A stretch of DNA of 64,000 nucleotides. It comes from Candidatus Babelota bacterium. GTDB taxonomy: Bacteria; Babelota; Babeliae; Babelales; Vermiphilaceae. Location: positions 160,001-224,000 of the forward strand of contig JBMOLF010000015.1 of NCBI GenBank assembly GCA_049325595.1. Reading direction: 5' to 3'. Positions 47,644 to 58,316 of this stretch are shown in pieces (within the stretch, counting starts at the first letter, position 1; every line of letters starts with the position of its first letter). Both the position numbers and the translations under genes were made by a program. A model generated the notes under the pieces. That model was not told the origin of the DNA. It worked only from the letters and a program-made list of their open reading frames with translations, and searched no databases.

Positions 47644-50600
47644 TTAATCTTTGAAAAATTTAACAATTTCTTGCGCTAATGCTTTTGCACTGGCTTGTGG
47701 GTTTTTGAAATCAAACGTAAAGTTCAGAACTTTAGGTTTTTGTAAAATGTCAATTTGCAGCATTAAATGAGGCAATTTGCCACCGGATATTTCTCGCGCA
47801 CTTCCTTCAAAACGCACACGTTTTAAAACTACGGTACCAAGCAACCCACGAGCTACCCATTTACCGCCCTCAAATACCGCCAACCCACTTTGTTTTGCAC
47901 CTTCAAGCACCCCATTAGCCGTTTCACGCGCTGCAATTAAGGTACCTTTTGCAACTGACCGAGCAACCTTGTCTAAAAATTCTTCTGCTCCTCGTAAGAC
48001 TAGTTGAGCGGCATTTCTACTTTGCTCAATTGCAAAGCGGGAAGTAACACGCGCTCTTTCAAGATCGTGCTCTATCTTTGCAATACTTATCTGCAAAGTG
48101 GCATTTGCTGTTTCAAGTGCAGCAATTTGCACCCCATTTTTTATTCCTAATGCAATTTTCTCGAAAGTGCTTGCGCGATCAATTTCAGATTTAAGTCGTG
48201 CAATCTCGCGATTGTTTGCATCGATTTTCATACGTACTTTGTATAATTCACTTTGTTGCTGATTAATTGAGCGATCAATTTCTGCTAATTGGTTATCCCA
48301 CGATCTTAAATCTGCACGTGCTTGTTCAACTTTAGCTTTTGCCTCGTTTATTTGACGATCGGCATTGGCAATTTCATTGTTAATACGCTGAACATCAGCT
48401 TGTGCTCTGCTAATATCACGCTCTGTTTTACGTTGCAACTCAGTTAATGCTTCGTTAATATACTTGAGTGCATAGTCGGTAAACTGCTGTCTAAAATCGA
48501 TTACCAATCTAAAATCTGGTTTTGGTACATTAATTTCTGCTTTACCCTCCACCAAAGCCTGGAACATATCAGCAATTGCCGTTTCAAATCTAAAGCTCAT
48601 ATCATTTCGTGCAATACTCACTCGACTATCAACTTTAAATAAATCAGCTAGTTCGATTTTTCCAGATAACAAGAATTCTTGCTCAGGTAAGGTAAGAATC
48701 AACTTAACAATTGGCCCACCAGTTGGACTATCAGTTGGTTTACTTGCTGAGATTTTTAATGGACCAGCTTGAATAATTGAAGTGTATCCCAATGCGCGAA
48801 TACCAGTGCGGTCGACATTAAAATCAATAACTCCTTTGGTGTCTAATATATGCAATTCACCTTTTACTGTAATACCTTGAGGAATAGTAATTTCTCCAAT
48901 CTTAACGGTTTTAGGAGCAAATTTGAGCTCAACATCTTTTACCGCGATGTACGGTACTTTAGATTCATCAATACGAGCACCAAGTGGATTTGCAATTGCT
49001 TGTACTAAATCAAGCAATGATAATTCATTAAGCGATCCCGCCAAGGTCATATTTTTAAAGAGCGTATCAAATTGACCAGCTAGGAATAATTTGTGCTTAC
49101 CGATATCCATTTTCCCGGTCAAGCCAAGTCGGTTTGGCAATCCGGTTGCAACTAATTGCGCATAATTTAATCCCAATTGCGCAGCCACATCAGCAATTGA
49201 TAATCCTTGCAGATTAAATGGGTTTTCCCATTTACCAAGCATAGTTGCAGCAAATGTTGCATCTAAAGGATCAAGCTCAATACGTCCAATAAATTTAAGC
49301 GGTACATCATTAATGGTTGGTTTTATATAAAGCGTTGTTAAAAGGGCTAACGATGGTCTACCAGTTATTTCAAGCGCTAATGGCCCAGTTGACATTAATT
49401 CGGTTGATAATGGTAAGCTTCCGGTTAATTTCGCTCCCAATACAAGATCTTGTGGGTTGGGGTTTATAATACCGTATACTTTTACTTTACGTTCTTCTCC
49501 ACCTAAGATCTTCCGTAAATTATCAAGATCACCAATAAGCGGTAAATATGCTGCAAAGGTAAGTCCTTTTCGTATCTCTTCTAATGCAACCTGTTTTTCA
49601 CCGGGCTTTGATTGAAGATCCAAATTTTCAACACCAAAAAAGTCTCGTTCTGGTAGATCATAATCAAGCGTACTTGCTAAAAAATACGCTTTTTCAAAGC
49701 TAAGTCTTTCTAAAATAGTGCCACGTAAAGATGGGAATGAATCTGAAAATCTCCATTCATCCGGAACACCTGCTTTGAATATCAAACCTTTATGATCAGG
49801 TTCATAAACAATATAAAATGAACCGATAACGGTATGCCCTAATAGCGTCGTGGTTGCGCCAAGACCAAACAACAATTTGGTAGCATCAGAACGTGAAACA
49901 TTAAAACTGGCTTTCAGGTTGTTAAACGTTAAGCTATTAATAGTTGGTATACTAAATGAGCTAAATGGAGACCATTGATCCTTAGTTGCATTCACTCCTA
50001 ATAAAAATCCTTCATTTTCATCGTAACCAATTGATATCTGCAAATCGAGCAATTGAATTTTAGGAATAGTTAATTGTGCTCCTGCTGTTAATAAAAATGA
50101 GGGCTTTTGCCCTGGTTTGTACCCAAAAGCAAGTTTAATAGCTTGAATATTTTGAATAACATCAGGAATTTTTTTGAAAATAGGCAGCGCTATTTCTTCT
50201 AACTCTCCCTCCATTGAAAAACCCTCTTCTTTGCTAATTTTTGCAGCAACTTGGACATTGCTTACTGCAGTTCCGAGCTCATTTTGTTGATTAATTTGTG
50301 AAAAGTCAGCTCGCCCCGTAAATGACATACTTACACCCTGAGAAACACTTTCTTGAGAGCCATAACTCGTATTAAATTCAACACCGGTAAGAGGCACTGA
50401 AGAATAAATAGTTTTTTCCAGCGGTTTAATTAATTCACCCATGGTAATTGCCGGAAGATTAAATGTCGCAGAAACCCCTTCTTTGCTGGCTACAAAATTA
50501 AGAGCTGCCGGATTACCAAAAAAACGAATCCAAGAAATTAGATTAACTGGCTCATTTTCTTGTAACTGTAACAAAACTGAATTAAGTTGGATTGATCTTC

Positions 50601-51207
50601 CCGGAACTAAGGTTAAAGTTGGTTCATCTTTGAATCTAATTAGAAATTGAGCAGTTCTAATAGTAGTTGCTTTTTTAGGAAATAAGATAAAATCAAATTG
50701 AGGAACAACTATTTCACCTTTGGCGTTGGTAGTGGGAGTTCGTGTTAGAAAAGTGCCACCTGATGTACTTTCACTCGTAAAAGTCTGTAAATTTAACGTT
50801 CCTCTTTTGCCAAATAACGTAACATCACCTTCAACTTTAAGTTTATTGTTTTCATCTAAATAAATAATGCCGCCATCTAAACTTACTGGCCCAAGTTGTT
50901 TTTGTGGTAAGCTTGTAGCCCAACGACCAAAGCCAGTTTCAGCAGCTTCCTCTTTACGGAGCGTAACATTACCAATGAGTGGAATATTAAAAGAAAATTC
51001 ATCAATCTGGGCAAATTCTTGGTCTATATCTTCAGCAAATTGGACTTCTTGTCCTTCAAAAACTTCAAAGCCAACTGCTGCAATATTAGAATCAATCTGA
51101 ACAGTTAGTAAATTATCTTGCGTCCAGATAGCAGTTGTATAGGTAAACACAAATACTGCTATTAAAAAACCTTGTAATTTTCTTGCCAATAGGCGCTTCA
51201 TCCCCAT
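47644..51207 (-). CDS. Large secreted beta-rich protein with C-terminal coiled coil
   Basis: Signal peptide; about 900 aa of alternating-hydrophobic beta strands, then heptad repeats. Confidence 0.75.
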   Translation of the reverse strand: MGMKRLLARKLQGFLIAVFVFTYTTAIWTQDNLLTVQIDSNIAAVGFEVFEGQEVQFAEDIDQEFAQIDEFSFNIPLIGNVTLRKEEAAETGFGRWATSLPQKQLGPVSLDGGIIYLDENNKLKVEGDVTLFGKRGTLNLQTFTSESTSGGTFLTRTPTTNAKGEIVVPQFDFILFPKKATTIRTAQFLIRFKDEPTLTLVPGRSIQLNSVLLQLQENEPVNLISWIRFFGNPAALNFVASKEGVSATFNLPAITMGELIKPLEKTIYSSVPLTGVEFNTSYGSQESVSQGVSMSFTGRADFSQINQQNELGTAVSNVQVAAKISKEEGFSMEGELEEIALPIFKKIPDVIQNIQAIKLAFGYKPGQKPSFLLTAGAQLTIPKIQLLDLQISIGYDENEGFLLGVNATKDQWSPFSSFSIPTINSLTFNNLKASFNVSRSDATKLLFGLGATTTLLGHTVIGSFYIVYEPDHKGLIFKAGVPDEWRFSDSFPSLRGTILERLSFEKAYFLASTLDYDLPERDFFGVENLDLQSKPGEKQVALEEIRKGLTFAAYLPLIGDLDNLRKILGGEERKVKVYGIINPNPQDLVLGAKLTGSLPLSTELMSTGPLALEITGRPSLALLTTLYIKPTINDVPLKFIGRIELDPLDATFAATMLGKWENPFNLQGLSIADVAAQLGLNYAQLVATGLPNRLGLTGKMDIGKHKLFLAGQFDTLFKNMTLAGSLNELSLLDLVQAIANPLGARIDESKVPYIAVKDVELKFAPKTVKIGEITIPQGITVKGELHILDTKGVIDFNVDRTGIRALGYTSIIQAGPLKISASKPTDSPTGGPIVKLILTLPEQEFLLSGKIELADLFKVDSRVSIARNDMSFRFETAIADMFQALVEGKAEINVPKPDFRLVIDFRQQFTDYALKYINEALTELQRKTERDISRAQADVQRINNEIANADRQINEAKAKVEQARADLRSWDNQLAEIDRSINQQQSELYKVRMKIDANNREIARLKSEIDRASTFEKIALGIKNGVQIAALETANATLQISIAKIEHDLERARVTSRFAIEQSRNAAQLVLRGAEEFLDKVARSVAKGTLIAARETANGVLEGAKQSGLAVFEGGKWVARGLLGTVVLKRVRFEGSAREISGGKLPHLMLQIDILQKPKVLNFTFDFKNPQASAKALAQEIVKFFKD

Positions 51208-51364
51208 TCTCCCAATTATAAAAATAATTTCTATTATTATAATTGTGACAGAATGAAAATAATATATTCAACTATTTTGAAAAAAAGCACTCAAGTAAGA
51301 CAATCTTAGAAGTGATATGACTGTTGAATGTTTTAGTAATTAAAACAACTGTTTTACAATTCGA

Positions 51365-51820
51365 TTATATCCCGCCCCATGTATCAATTTGCGCAATACG
51401 CTGTGCATATCGCCCACCTTTTGGCTGCGTTACAAGCCATGCCTGTACCATTTGTATAAGTTGATGTTCAGAAATATAATCAGCCGGAATAACTAAGATA
51501 TTTGACGAGTCATCTGCGCGGCTTTGTATGGCAACTTCTTTGTTCCAAACTAATGCTGCATAAATACCTGCAAATCGGTTAGCCGCAATAGCCATGCCTA
51601 CGCCACTACCACATAATAAAATACCTAATTGCGCTTGTCCGCTGCGTATTTTTTCTACAACAGCCTTTGCAAATGGCGGATAATCACAGCGTTCGCTGGT
51701 GGTACAACCAACGTCTATCCAATTGATTACTATATCGGCAGTTGCTTTTAATTTGATTAATTTATTTTTATAGTCAAAACCACGATGATCAGTGCCAATT
51801 GCGATTGTTATGGACATCAT
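51365..51820 (-). CDS. rpiB: Ribose-5-phosphate isomerase B
   Basis: IGTDHRG, CDYP, GILLCGSGVGMAIAANR, GGRYAQR. Confidence 0.93.
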   Translation of the reverse strand: MMSITIAIGTDHRGFDYKNKLIKLKATADIVINWIDVGCTTSERCDYPPFAKAVVEKIRSGQAQLGILLCGSGVGMAIAANRFAGIYAALVWNKEVAIQSRADDSSNILVIPADYISEHQLIQMVQAWLVTQPKGGRYAQRIAQIDTWGGI

Positions 51821-51829
51821 TATCCCTTT

Positions 51830-52564
51830 TTACTGTAATCCAACCAAGTCTCGTTCCTCACAATTTGGCGTACAGCCACCATGATTTACCGGCAAGCAAC
51901 ATTGCCCAGTCGCACATGGATTACATGGATTATGTGCATCTTCTGGTCTTGTCGCCCAGGTAACAACCCCTTCTTTTTTTATTGATCTAAAACGCATGCT
52001 CATACAACGAGTTTGCTCGGTAATGATATCATTTTCATCATTATCTTGTGCTTCAAATTTTACCATATAGGCAGTTTTAAAACGATTATAGCGATTACCA
52101 AAAAATGCTTGGTACTCGGGTGTAAGTTCAATTGGCTTTATTTCGATTGGCGTATATACCTGACCATCAATTTCAAGCATTACCGTCCACACTGAATCAG
52201 GTTCACCTAACGGAAACTCATGCAAACTGAGTATAATAAACGATATAAAGTGTTCATTTTCGGCTAGTAGTCGGCGCAATAAATTATTTTCTTGGATTTC
52301 ATTTTTACCCACCCGGTGGCTGTGTGTCTGTGCATATGCAGTGCGCACTTCATCAGAAAGCCATAACGCATCAAAAATGCCGACCGTAGTAAATTGATCA
52401 TAGATAATAATTGTTCTTACATAGGCGCACACACCCGAAGGAATTCCTTCGGCTTCAATTCCTTGATAAAAGTTGCATTTTCCCCAGTCTATAAGTCTGC
52501 CACAACCGCAAAGCCCCATAAGAAAAACAAGAAGAACAGCACGAAATAAAAATGGATGCTTCAT
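51830..52564 (-). CDS. Lipoprotein with Cys-rich C-terminus
   Basis: Start placed at ATG 52564 (GAGG RBS); lipobox LCG|C; tail CNPCATGQCCLPVNHGGCTPNC. Confidence 0.65.
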   Translation of the reverse strand: MKHPFLFRAVLLVFLMGLCGCGRLIDWGKCNFYQGIEAEGIPSGVCAYVRTIIIYDQFTTVGIFDALWLSDEVRTAYAQTHSHRVGKNEIQENNLLRRLLAENEHFISFIILSLHEFPLGEPDSVWTVMLEIDGQVYTPIEIKPIELTPEYQAFFGNRYNRFKTAYMVKFEAQDNDENDIITEQTRCMSMRFRSIKKEGVVTWATRPEDAHNPCNPCATGQCCLPVNHGGCTPNCEERDLVGLQ

Positions 52565-52670
52565 AAAGATGCCTCTTTTTTTTAGACTCAGGATATCCTT
52601 TGTATAGTAAAAAAAAGAGTTATAATTGACAAGTTCAAGTAACCATCTTGCAATGAGCGAGGCATAAAAA

Positions 52671-53894
52671 ATGAATATTGCATTGTTATTGGCCAAAAGA
52701 TATTTGCTCCGACATCAAGAAAAAAACATATCGGTCATGTTAAAAATATGCTTTTTAGCTTTATTTGTAGGTTCTTTAGCATTAGCGTTAGTCTTATGCA
52801 TTATGCAAGGCTTTGAAACAGCCACACACGAAAAATTACGTGGCATTCATGCACCAATTATAATGCAAGCAGGAGGCCAAGCTCTTGATAGCAGTGCTAT
52901 TGGTAAAGTATTGAATGAAGAATTTCCTGAGATTGTTTCGTGGAGCAGCTCTGCTCTTAAACAAATTATTGTGCAAAACCCCCAAACAACACAAACAAGC
53001 CACGTCGTTTTGCTTAAAGGGATCGATGCCCAACAAGAGCATTTAGTAACTAATATTGCTCAAATGATCACTAAGCAATTAGTATCATGGCCTGACTTAT
53101 TGCAAGATAACCAAATTATAATTGGCAATAAATTAGCACAAGATTTACAAGCTACTATCGGTTCGGAGGTTACTCTTCTTTATTCACCCATTGATTCATA
53201 TGAATCAAAAAAAATTAATCTTGAATCTACCACTGCAACCATTAGCGGAATTTTTAATACCGGAATCGAAGAATTTGATAATGGTCTGATAATTTCTTCA
53301 TTGTCATTTTTTTCAGAGTTATTTCCTGAAGAAGGCGTTACACAAATTAGTATAAAAACTGCTCCCACTAGTGATGAAAATAAATTAGTAAAACGACTTA
53401 AAGAACGATTTGAAAACTTGTCAGTCTATAGCTGGAAAGATTTGTATCCTGCTTTAGTTTCTGCTTTAAAGCTTGAAAAATATGCCATGTTTTTTGTAGT
53501 CAGCTTAATGATTTTGGTAGCAAGCATGAATATCATTTCGTTATTATACATGCAAATTATTCAAAAAAGGGCCGATATTGCCATTTTAAAAACGCTTGGT
53601 GCTAGTTCGTTGCTAATTCGTCGTATATTTTTTTGGTATGGTATGATTATCTCATTTATTGCCGCATTATCAGGACTATTCACTGCATGGATTATTGGAT
53701 TACTGCTAAAAAAATATATCCATATTCCCTTGCCTGATAGTTATTATGTAACCTATGTACCGATTGAATTAAACTGGCATTTATTTGCTCTTGTATTTGG
53801 CGTAATAATCGGTATAAGCTTACTGGCAGTACGATTACCATTACGAACAGTAGAGCGTATTACTATTTTAAATTTATTACGTTTTGAGGTTTAA
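52671..53894 (+). CDS. LolC/E-type ABC transporter permease
   Basis: LAKRYL, IMQGF, KLEKYAMF, VASMNII, DIAILKTLGAS...IRRIF. Confidence 0.88.
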   Translation: MNIALLLAKRYLLRHQEKNISVMLKICFLALFVGSLALALVLCIMQGFETATHEKLRGIHAPIIMQAGGQALDSSAIGKVLNEEFPEIVSWSSSALKQIIVQNPQTTQTSHVVLLKGIDAQQEHLVTNIAQMITKQLVSWPDLLQDNQIIIGNKLAQDLQATIGSEVTLLYSPIDSYESKKINLESTTATISGIFNTGIEEFDNGLIISSLSFFSELFPEEGVTQISIKTAPTSDENKLVKRLKERFENLSVYSWKDLYPALVSALKLEKYAMFFVVSLMILVASMNIISLLYMQIIQKRADIAILKTLGASSLLIRRIFFWYGMIISFIAALSGLFTAWIIGLLLKKYIHIPLPDSYYVTYVPIELNWHLFALVFGVIIGISLLAVRLPLRTVERITILNLLRFEV

Positions 53895-55067
53895 GTGACA
53901 AAATACTTAACCGTAAAAGATATTAATATTTATAAACAACGGATTTTATTACGAGCCGATCTAAATGTTCCCATCTTAAATAACACGATTATTGATGATT
54001 ATCGACTACATGCCATTTTGCCAACAATTGATTATTTATTACACCAACAAACTCATATTGTATTGATAACTCACCTTGGAAAACCCAAAGGAATTGAAAA
54101 AAGTTTATCAACACATATTTTAGTACCATGGTTTCAAAATAAAGGGTACTCAATTACCTTTGCACCAGATATCAATACCGCCTATCAATTGAGCCAAGAA
54201 AAAATAAATCGCATTGTTCTGGTTGAAAATTTACGCTTTTTTGCCGGCGAACAACAATCAGATTCTACTTTTGCACAGCAACTTGCGACACTAGGTGATA
54301 TTTTTGTAAATGATGCATTTGGTACGCTACACCGCAACGACAGTTCAATAGTATTAACGCCATCATGTTTTGCTAAAAATAAACGATGCATCGGATTACT
54401 TGTTGCTAAAGAATTATCCGAACTTGAAAAACTATTTTTCCCCAAAAAACCGTTTACACTCATACTGGGTGGTGGAAAACCAAAAACAAAAATCCCATTA
54501 ATCATTAATTTACTTGATAAAACTGATTATGTTTTATTGTGTCCTGCTCTTGCTTTTACTTTTTTAGCTGCGCAAGACATACCGGTTGGCGCTTCATTGA
54601 TAGATAGCACCTTATTTAACGACTGTCTTGAAATTATTAAGAAAACAAAACAAACTAGAACGCAACTTATTTTTCCTATGGATTATATGGTGAGTAAGAA
54701 TAAATTAAATCCTCCTTATCGCACCATTACTATACATAACTTTGAAAGCTTTGATAGTGGCGTAAGCATTGGCCCTAAAACAATTGAGGACTGGGAGCCA
54801 ATTATTAACAAAAGCAAAACTATATTTTTTAATGGACTAATGGGTGATTTATCTATACCGGAATCGACGAGCTCAAGTATGGAATTATTTAAGGTAATCA
54901 CCCAATCTAATGGTTTTAGCGTTATTGCAGGAGGAGATTCAGTTGCTGCTGCAATAAAGGGCGGTTTTGAGAAAAAAATTAGTTATTTATCAACCGGCGG
55001 TGGAGCTACTCTGGCTTATCTTGCAGGCCAGGAGTTACCTGGCCTTAACGCATTAAGAGCTAATTAA
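53895..55067 (+). CDS. pgk: Phosphoglycerate kinase
   Basis: RADLNVP, THLGKP, ENLRF, VNDAFGTLHR, GGGK, AGGDS, STGGGATL. Confidence 0.95.
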   Translation: MTKYLTVKDINIYKQRILLRADLNVPILNNTIIDDYRLHAILPTIDYLLHQQTHIVLITHLGKPKGIEKSLSTHILVPWFQNKGYSITFAPDINTAYQLSQEKINRIVLVENLRFFAGEQQSDSTFAQQLATLGDIFVNDAFGTLHRNDSSIVLTPSCFAKNKRCIGLLVAKELSELEKLFFPKKPFTLILGGGKPKTKIPLIINLLDKTDYVLLCPALAFTFLAAQDIPVGASLIDSTLFNDCLEIIKKTKQTRTQLIFPMDYMVSKNKLNPPYRTITIHNFESFDSGVSIGPKTIEDWEPIINKSKTIFFNGLMGDLSIPESTSSSMELFKVITQSNGFSVIAGGDSVAAAIKGGFEKKISYLSTGGGATLAYLAGQELPGLNALRAN

Positions 55068-55597
55068 TAAATAGGACAGAAACTTAATAAACACAAGCCA
55101 TTCATTAAATGATCTTGTTCAATGTCCATATCACTTGCACATTCATATAAAAATAGACCGTGGTTATCGTATTTTGAATTCCACGAACAAAATGCATGAT
55201 TTTTCATACCGAGATTCTCAGCTATCTCATTAACCATGCCCACATCAGATATAGCACTTTTTTTACTTGCGCTGCATAACATAATCGAGCGCACCTGCTG
55301 GTTAAATGGTGATGATTTCATATGTGCTGAAAATAAATCTGGTTGCTCCCAAATTTTATGCGATTCAGGATAACACTCTTCTTTAGAAAAGCCGGTAATG
55401 CCTTTAAGACAATTAAAATCAGGATTATCAACCAAATAGGCTGCTTTGGTGATTTTAAAGCACCGATCATGGCATAGATCATGCATGACAAACTCTGTAA
55501 GATTATCAGTACCCTGCATTGTTAATATTTTTCTTGGTAAATAACTGAGATGTTTTAACAATTCATGAGGATGTATCTTTCGGTTGTCTCGCTCCAT
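55064..55597 (-). CDS. Hypothetical protein (possibly GAF-like)
   Basis: AAGGAAGGG RBS; globular; no firm motif. Confidence 0.6.
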   Translation of the reverse strand: MERDNRKIHPHELLKHLSYLPRKILTMQGTDNLTEFVMHDLCHDRCFKITKAAYLVDNPDFNCLKGITGFSKEECYPESHKIWEQPDLFSAHMKSSPFNQQVRSIMLCSASKKSAISDVGMVNEIAENLGMKNHAFCSWNSKYDNHGLFLYECASDMDIEQDHLMNGLCLLSFCPIY

Positions 55598-55793
55598 AAC
55601 GAGCCCTTCCTTTTTAAAATGTTTTACGCTTCTTTACTACACTCCTTGTAATAAACCATACCCTAGTTATAAGGCAACATCAACAGCCCAATTAAATTAT
55701 CTTTCTGGTTTGACAGGCCTAGCTATATTTTTTATAGATTACGTAGTATGTTTTTGAAAAAAAGAGTAGTACCATTTAACGTATGCAAGAATC

Positions 55794-56867
55794 GTGATTA
55801 GATATAAATACCTATTTTTACTTATAATTTTTAACGTTCCTATTAACAGCCGTAGTCCACATCGGTCTCATTATCAACAGATGCCCGAGCTTATTACTCG
55901 ATGGGTAAGTGATAAACATTATTATTCAATGAAAAGTCCTTTTTTACAGGAATATCCTATTTTCAAATTATATAATGAGAATTTTTTTTTATCTCATCTT
56001 TTACCTGACCAAATAACATCTCTTGCTGACCCTACAAAAACTGTAAGCGGAAATCATCTAAGTCAATTAATTGAAAATCTTTTAATAGAAATTAAACAAA
56101 ACAAAAAAAAATTTACTGATTTTGAGCTCCTGCAATGGAAAGATTACAATAAAAAACGTCATTATGGCTTAATTGTTTTAAAATTTAAACAGTATCCTTT
56201 TGTACTTAAATTGTTTATTGAAACCCCTGCAAGCTTAACTGCGCCATTTAATAAGGGAATTGAACCAATTTTCCTTTTTTGCATGGGAGGCGGTATCAAC
56301 CGTCACATGATGGGTTTCACCAGAATTCCTAATCTTGAAATTATAAACTATCGTCTGAATCAAAGTGAGATATGGGAAAACCAAGTAATTACTCCTCGAA
56401 AATGGTATTGGCTTCCAAAAAACAATTATTGGATTGAAATCACAGGAAAACATATTAATAAAAACAATGAAATTCTTGTTACTAAAATTCCAGGAACTTA
56501 TGCTATTGTTGCTGACTATATTGAGTGTGAACGAAAATTTTCACTTTTTAATGCTAACGATACTGCTCGTGCTCTAGAACTTTGTAATTATCTTGAGCTT
56601 TTTATCGATCCGCACATTGAAAATTTTATGATCGAAAAAAATAGTAAAAAAATAGCTATAGTAGACACTGAACATTTTTTAACTATTGTTGGCTTGGAAA
56701 AAGTAACACAAGAATACAAAAATTATGGAAGCTGGTATCTCGAGTTAGTTTTAAAATGTTTAAAAGACAGTTTTTTTTGTACAAAAAAAGATAGGATGGA
56801 AATTCGCAAGCGCTCATCTGAGCATTGGCCATTTAACAACGTTTCTCAATCAAGAGTGTACGTTTAA
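55794..56867 (+). CDS. Secreted atypical kinase-like protein
   Basis: Signal-like N-terminus; FVLKLF, DPHIENFMI, IAIVDTE. Confidence 0.55.
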   Translation: MIRYKYLFLLIIFNVPINSRSPHRSHYQQMPELITRWVSDKHYYSMKSPFLQEYPIFKLYNENFFLSHLLPDQITSLADPTKTVSGNHLSQLIENLLIEIKQNKKKFTDFELLQWKDYNKKRHYGLIVLKFKQYPFVLKLFIETPASLTAPFNKGIEPIFLFCMGGGINRHMMGFTRIPNLEIINYRLNQSEIWENQVITPRKWYWLPKNNYWIEITGKHINKNNEILVTKIPGTYAIVADYIECERKFSLFNANDTARALELCNYLELFIDPHIENFMIEKNSKKIAIVDTEHFLTIVGLEKVTQEYKNYGSWYLELVLKCLKDSFFCTKKDRMEIRKRSSEHWPFNNVSQSRVYV

Positions 56868-58217
56868 AATTTCTTCTTCCATTTGCTTAAGTTGATTGTG
56901 AAAATGCTGTTGCTGCTGCGCTTGTTGAGCAATTTTATCAAGCGCATGCATAACGGTAGAATGATCACGCCCCCCTAAAAACATCCCAATATCTCGTAAA
57001 GATTTATCGGTAACCTTTTTCATTAAAAACATTGCAATTTGTCGAGCAAAAGATAATTCTTTATTGCGCTGTTTTGAACGTAAATCTTCAAGATTATAGT
57101 GATAATATTTGTGTACGCACTTGATTACATTATCAAAACCAACCGGCATCGTTTTTTGTACCGTGGTGTGGGCAAGAACTTTTTTTGCCAAATCTAAAGT
57201 TACCGCTTGCTGTGTCAATGATGCGAAAGCCATAACTCGAATTAAAGACCCTTCTAATTCACGCACATTACTTACCGCTCGAGAAGCAATAAAATGTGCT
57301 ACTTCATCATCTAATTGCTCATTATGACTCATTTCTGCTTTTTTCTTAATAATAGCAATTTTAGTTTCAAGTGTTGGCATATGCATATCAACAACAAGAC
57401 CCCATGCCAAACGATATTTTAAACGTTCAGCCAATCCTTTCATATCTTGTGGAAAGGTATCACTTGAAAAAATAATCTGTTTTTGAGCATCATAAAGCGC
57501 ATTAAAAATATGAAAAAAAGCTTCTTGGGTTTGCTCTTTATTTGAAATAAATTGAATATCATCAATTAACAATACATCAACTGCTTTATATTTTGCTTGA
57601 AAATTATGAACTTTATCAAATCGTATTGCATTGATAAATTCATTCACAAAACGATCAGCTGTTTGGTACAACACTGAATAACGTTTATTTTTTTCTTTTA
57701 TTTCATTACCAATGGCATGAAGCAGATGAGTTTTGCCTAATCCAGAATCTCCATATACAAAAAGAGGATTATATATTTCTCCGGGTTTTTCTGCGACTGC
57801 CTGTGCTGCCGCATATGCAAGAGAATTATTAGGCCCTACTACAAAAGTATCAAAGGTATAGCTTCTAATACCAGTAACCTCTTTTTTAGGTATACTCAAT
57901 GAGGGCGGTTGAGTTTGTGCAACAATCACTTGCGCAGGAACTATTTTGGGTAGTTCAGATTCCGGACGTTGAATATCGTCAAAAACTATTTTTAAGTCGT
58001 CTACGTATAACAATCTTCTTAGATGTGTTTCAAGAAGATTCATGTAATGAGATTGAATCCACCCTTTAATAAATTGATTTGGTGCTTGAAGATAGACTAA
58101 TTTTTGATATGCATCCCAGCGCTTTAGAGTAACAGCACGAAACCAAGTCTCTACAACTCGGCTGCCTACCTCATCTTTTGCAAGTATCAAAAATTCTGAC
58201 CATACATCTCTGACCAT
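56850..58217 (-). CDS. dnaA: Chromosomal replication initiator DnaA
   Basis: YTFDTFVVG, YNPLFVYGDSGLGKTHLL, LLIDDIQF, NVRELEG, RQIAMFL, GGRDHSTVMHA. Confidence 0.98.
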   Translation of the reverse strand: MVRDVWSEFLILAKDEVGSRVVETWFRAVTLKRWDAYQKLVYLQAPNQFIKGWIQSHYMNLLETHLRRLLYVDDLKIVFDDIQRPESELPKIVPAQVIVAQTQPPSLSIPKKEVTGIRSYTFDTFVVGPNNSLAYAAAQAVAEKPGEIYNPLFVYGDSGLGKTHLLHAIGNEIKEKNKRYSVLYQTADRFVNEFINAIRFDKVHNFQAKYKAVDVLLIDDIQFISNKEQTQEAFFHIFNALYDAQKQIIFSSDTFPQDMKGLAERLKYRLAWGLVVDMHMPTLETKIAIIKKKAEMSHNEQLDDEVAHFIASRAVSNVRELEGSLIRVMAFASLTQQAVTLDLAKKVLAHTTVQKTMPVGFDNVIKCVHKYYHYNLEDLRSKQRNKELSFARQIAMFLMKKVTDKSLRDIGMFLGGRDHSTVMHALDKIAQQAQQQQHFHNQLKQMEEEILNVHS

Positions 58218-58316
58218 GAAATTATCTCAATTAAGTGACGCTTATAATGAAAAGTTTGTGTATTATAATAAGCCAACTTTACCAAAAGTATTTCATTTGG
58301 AGAAGTATAATCTTAT

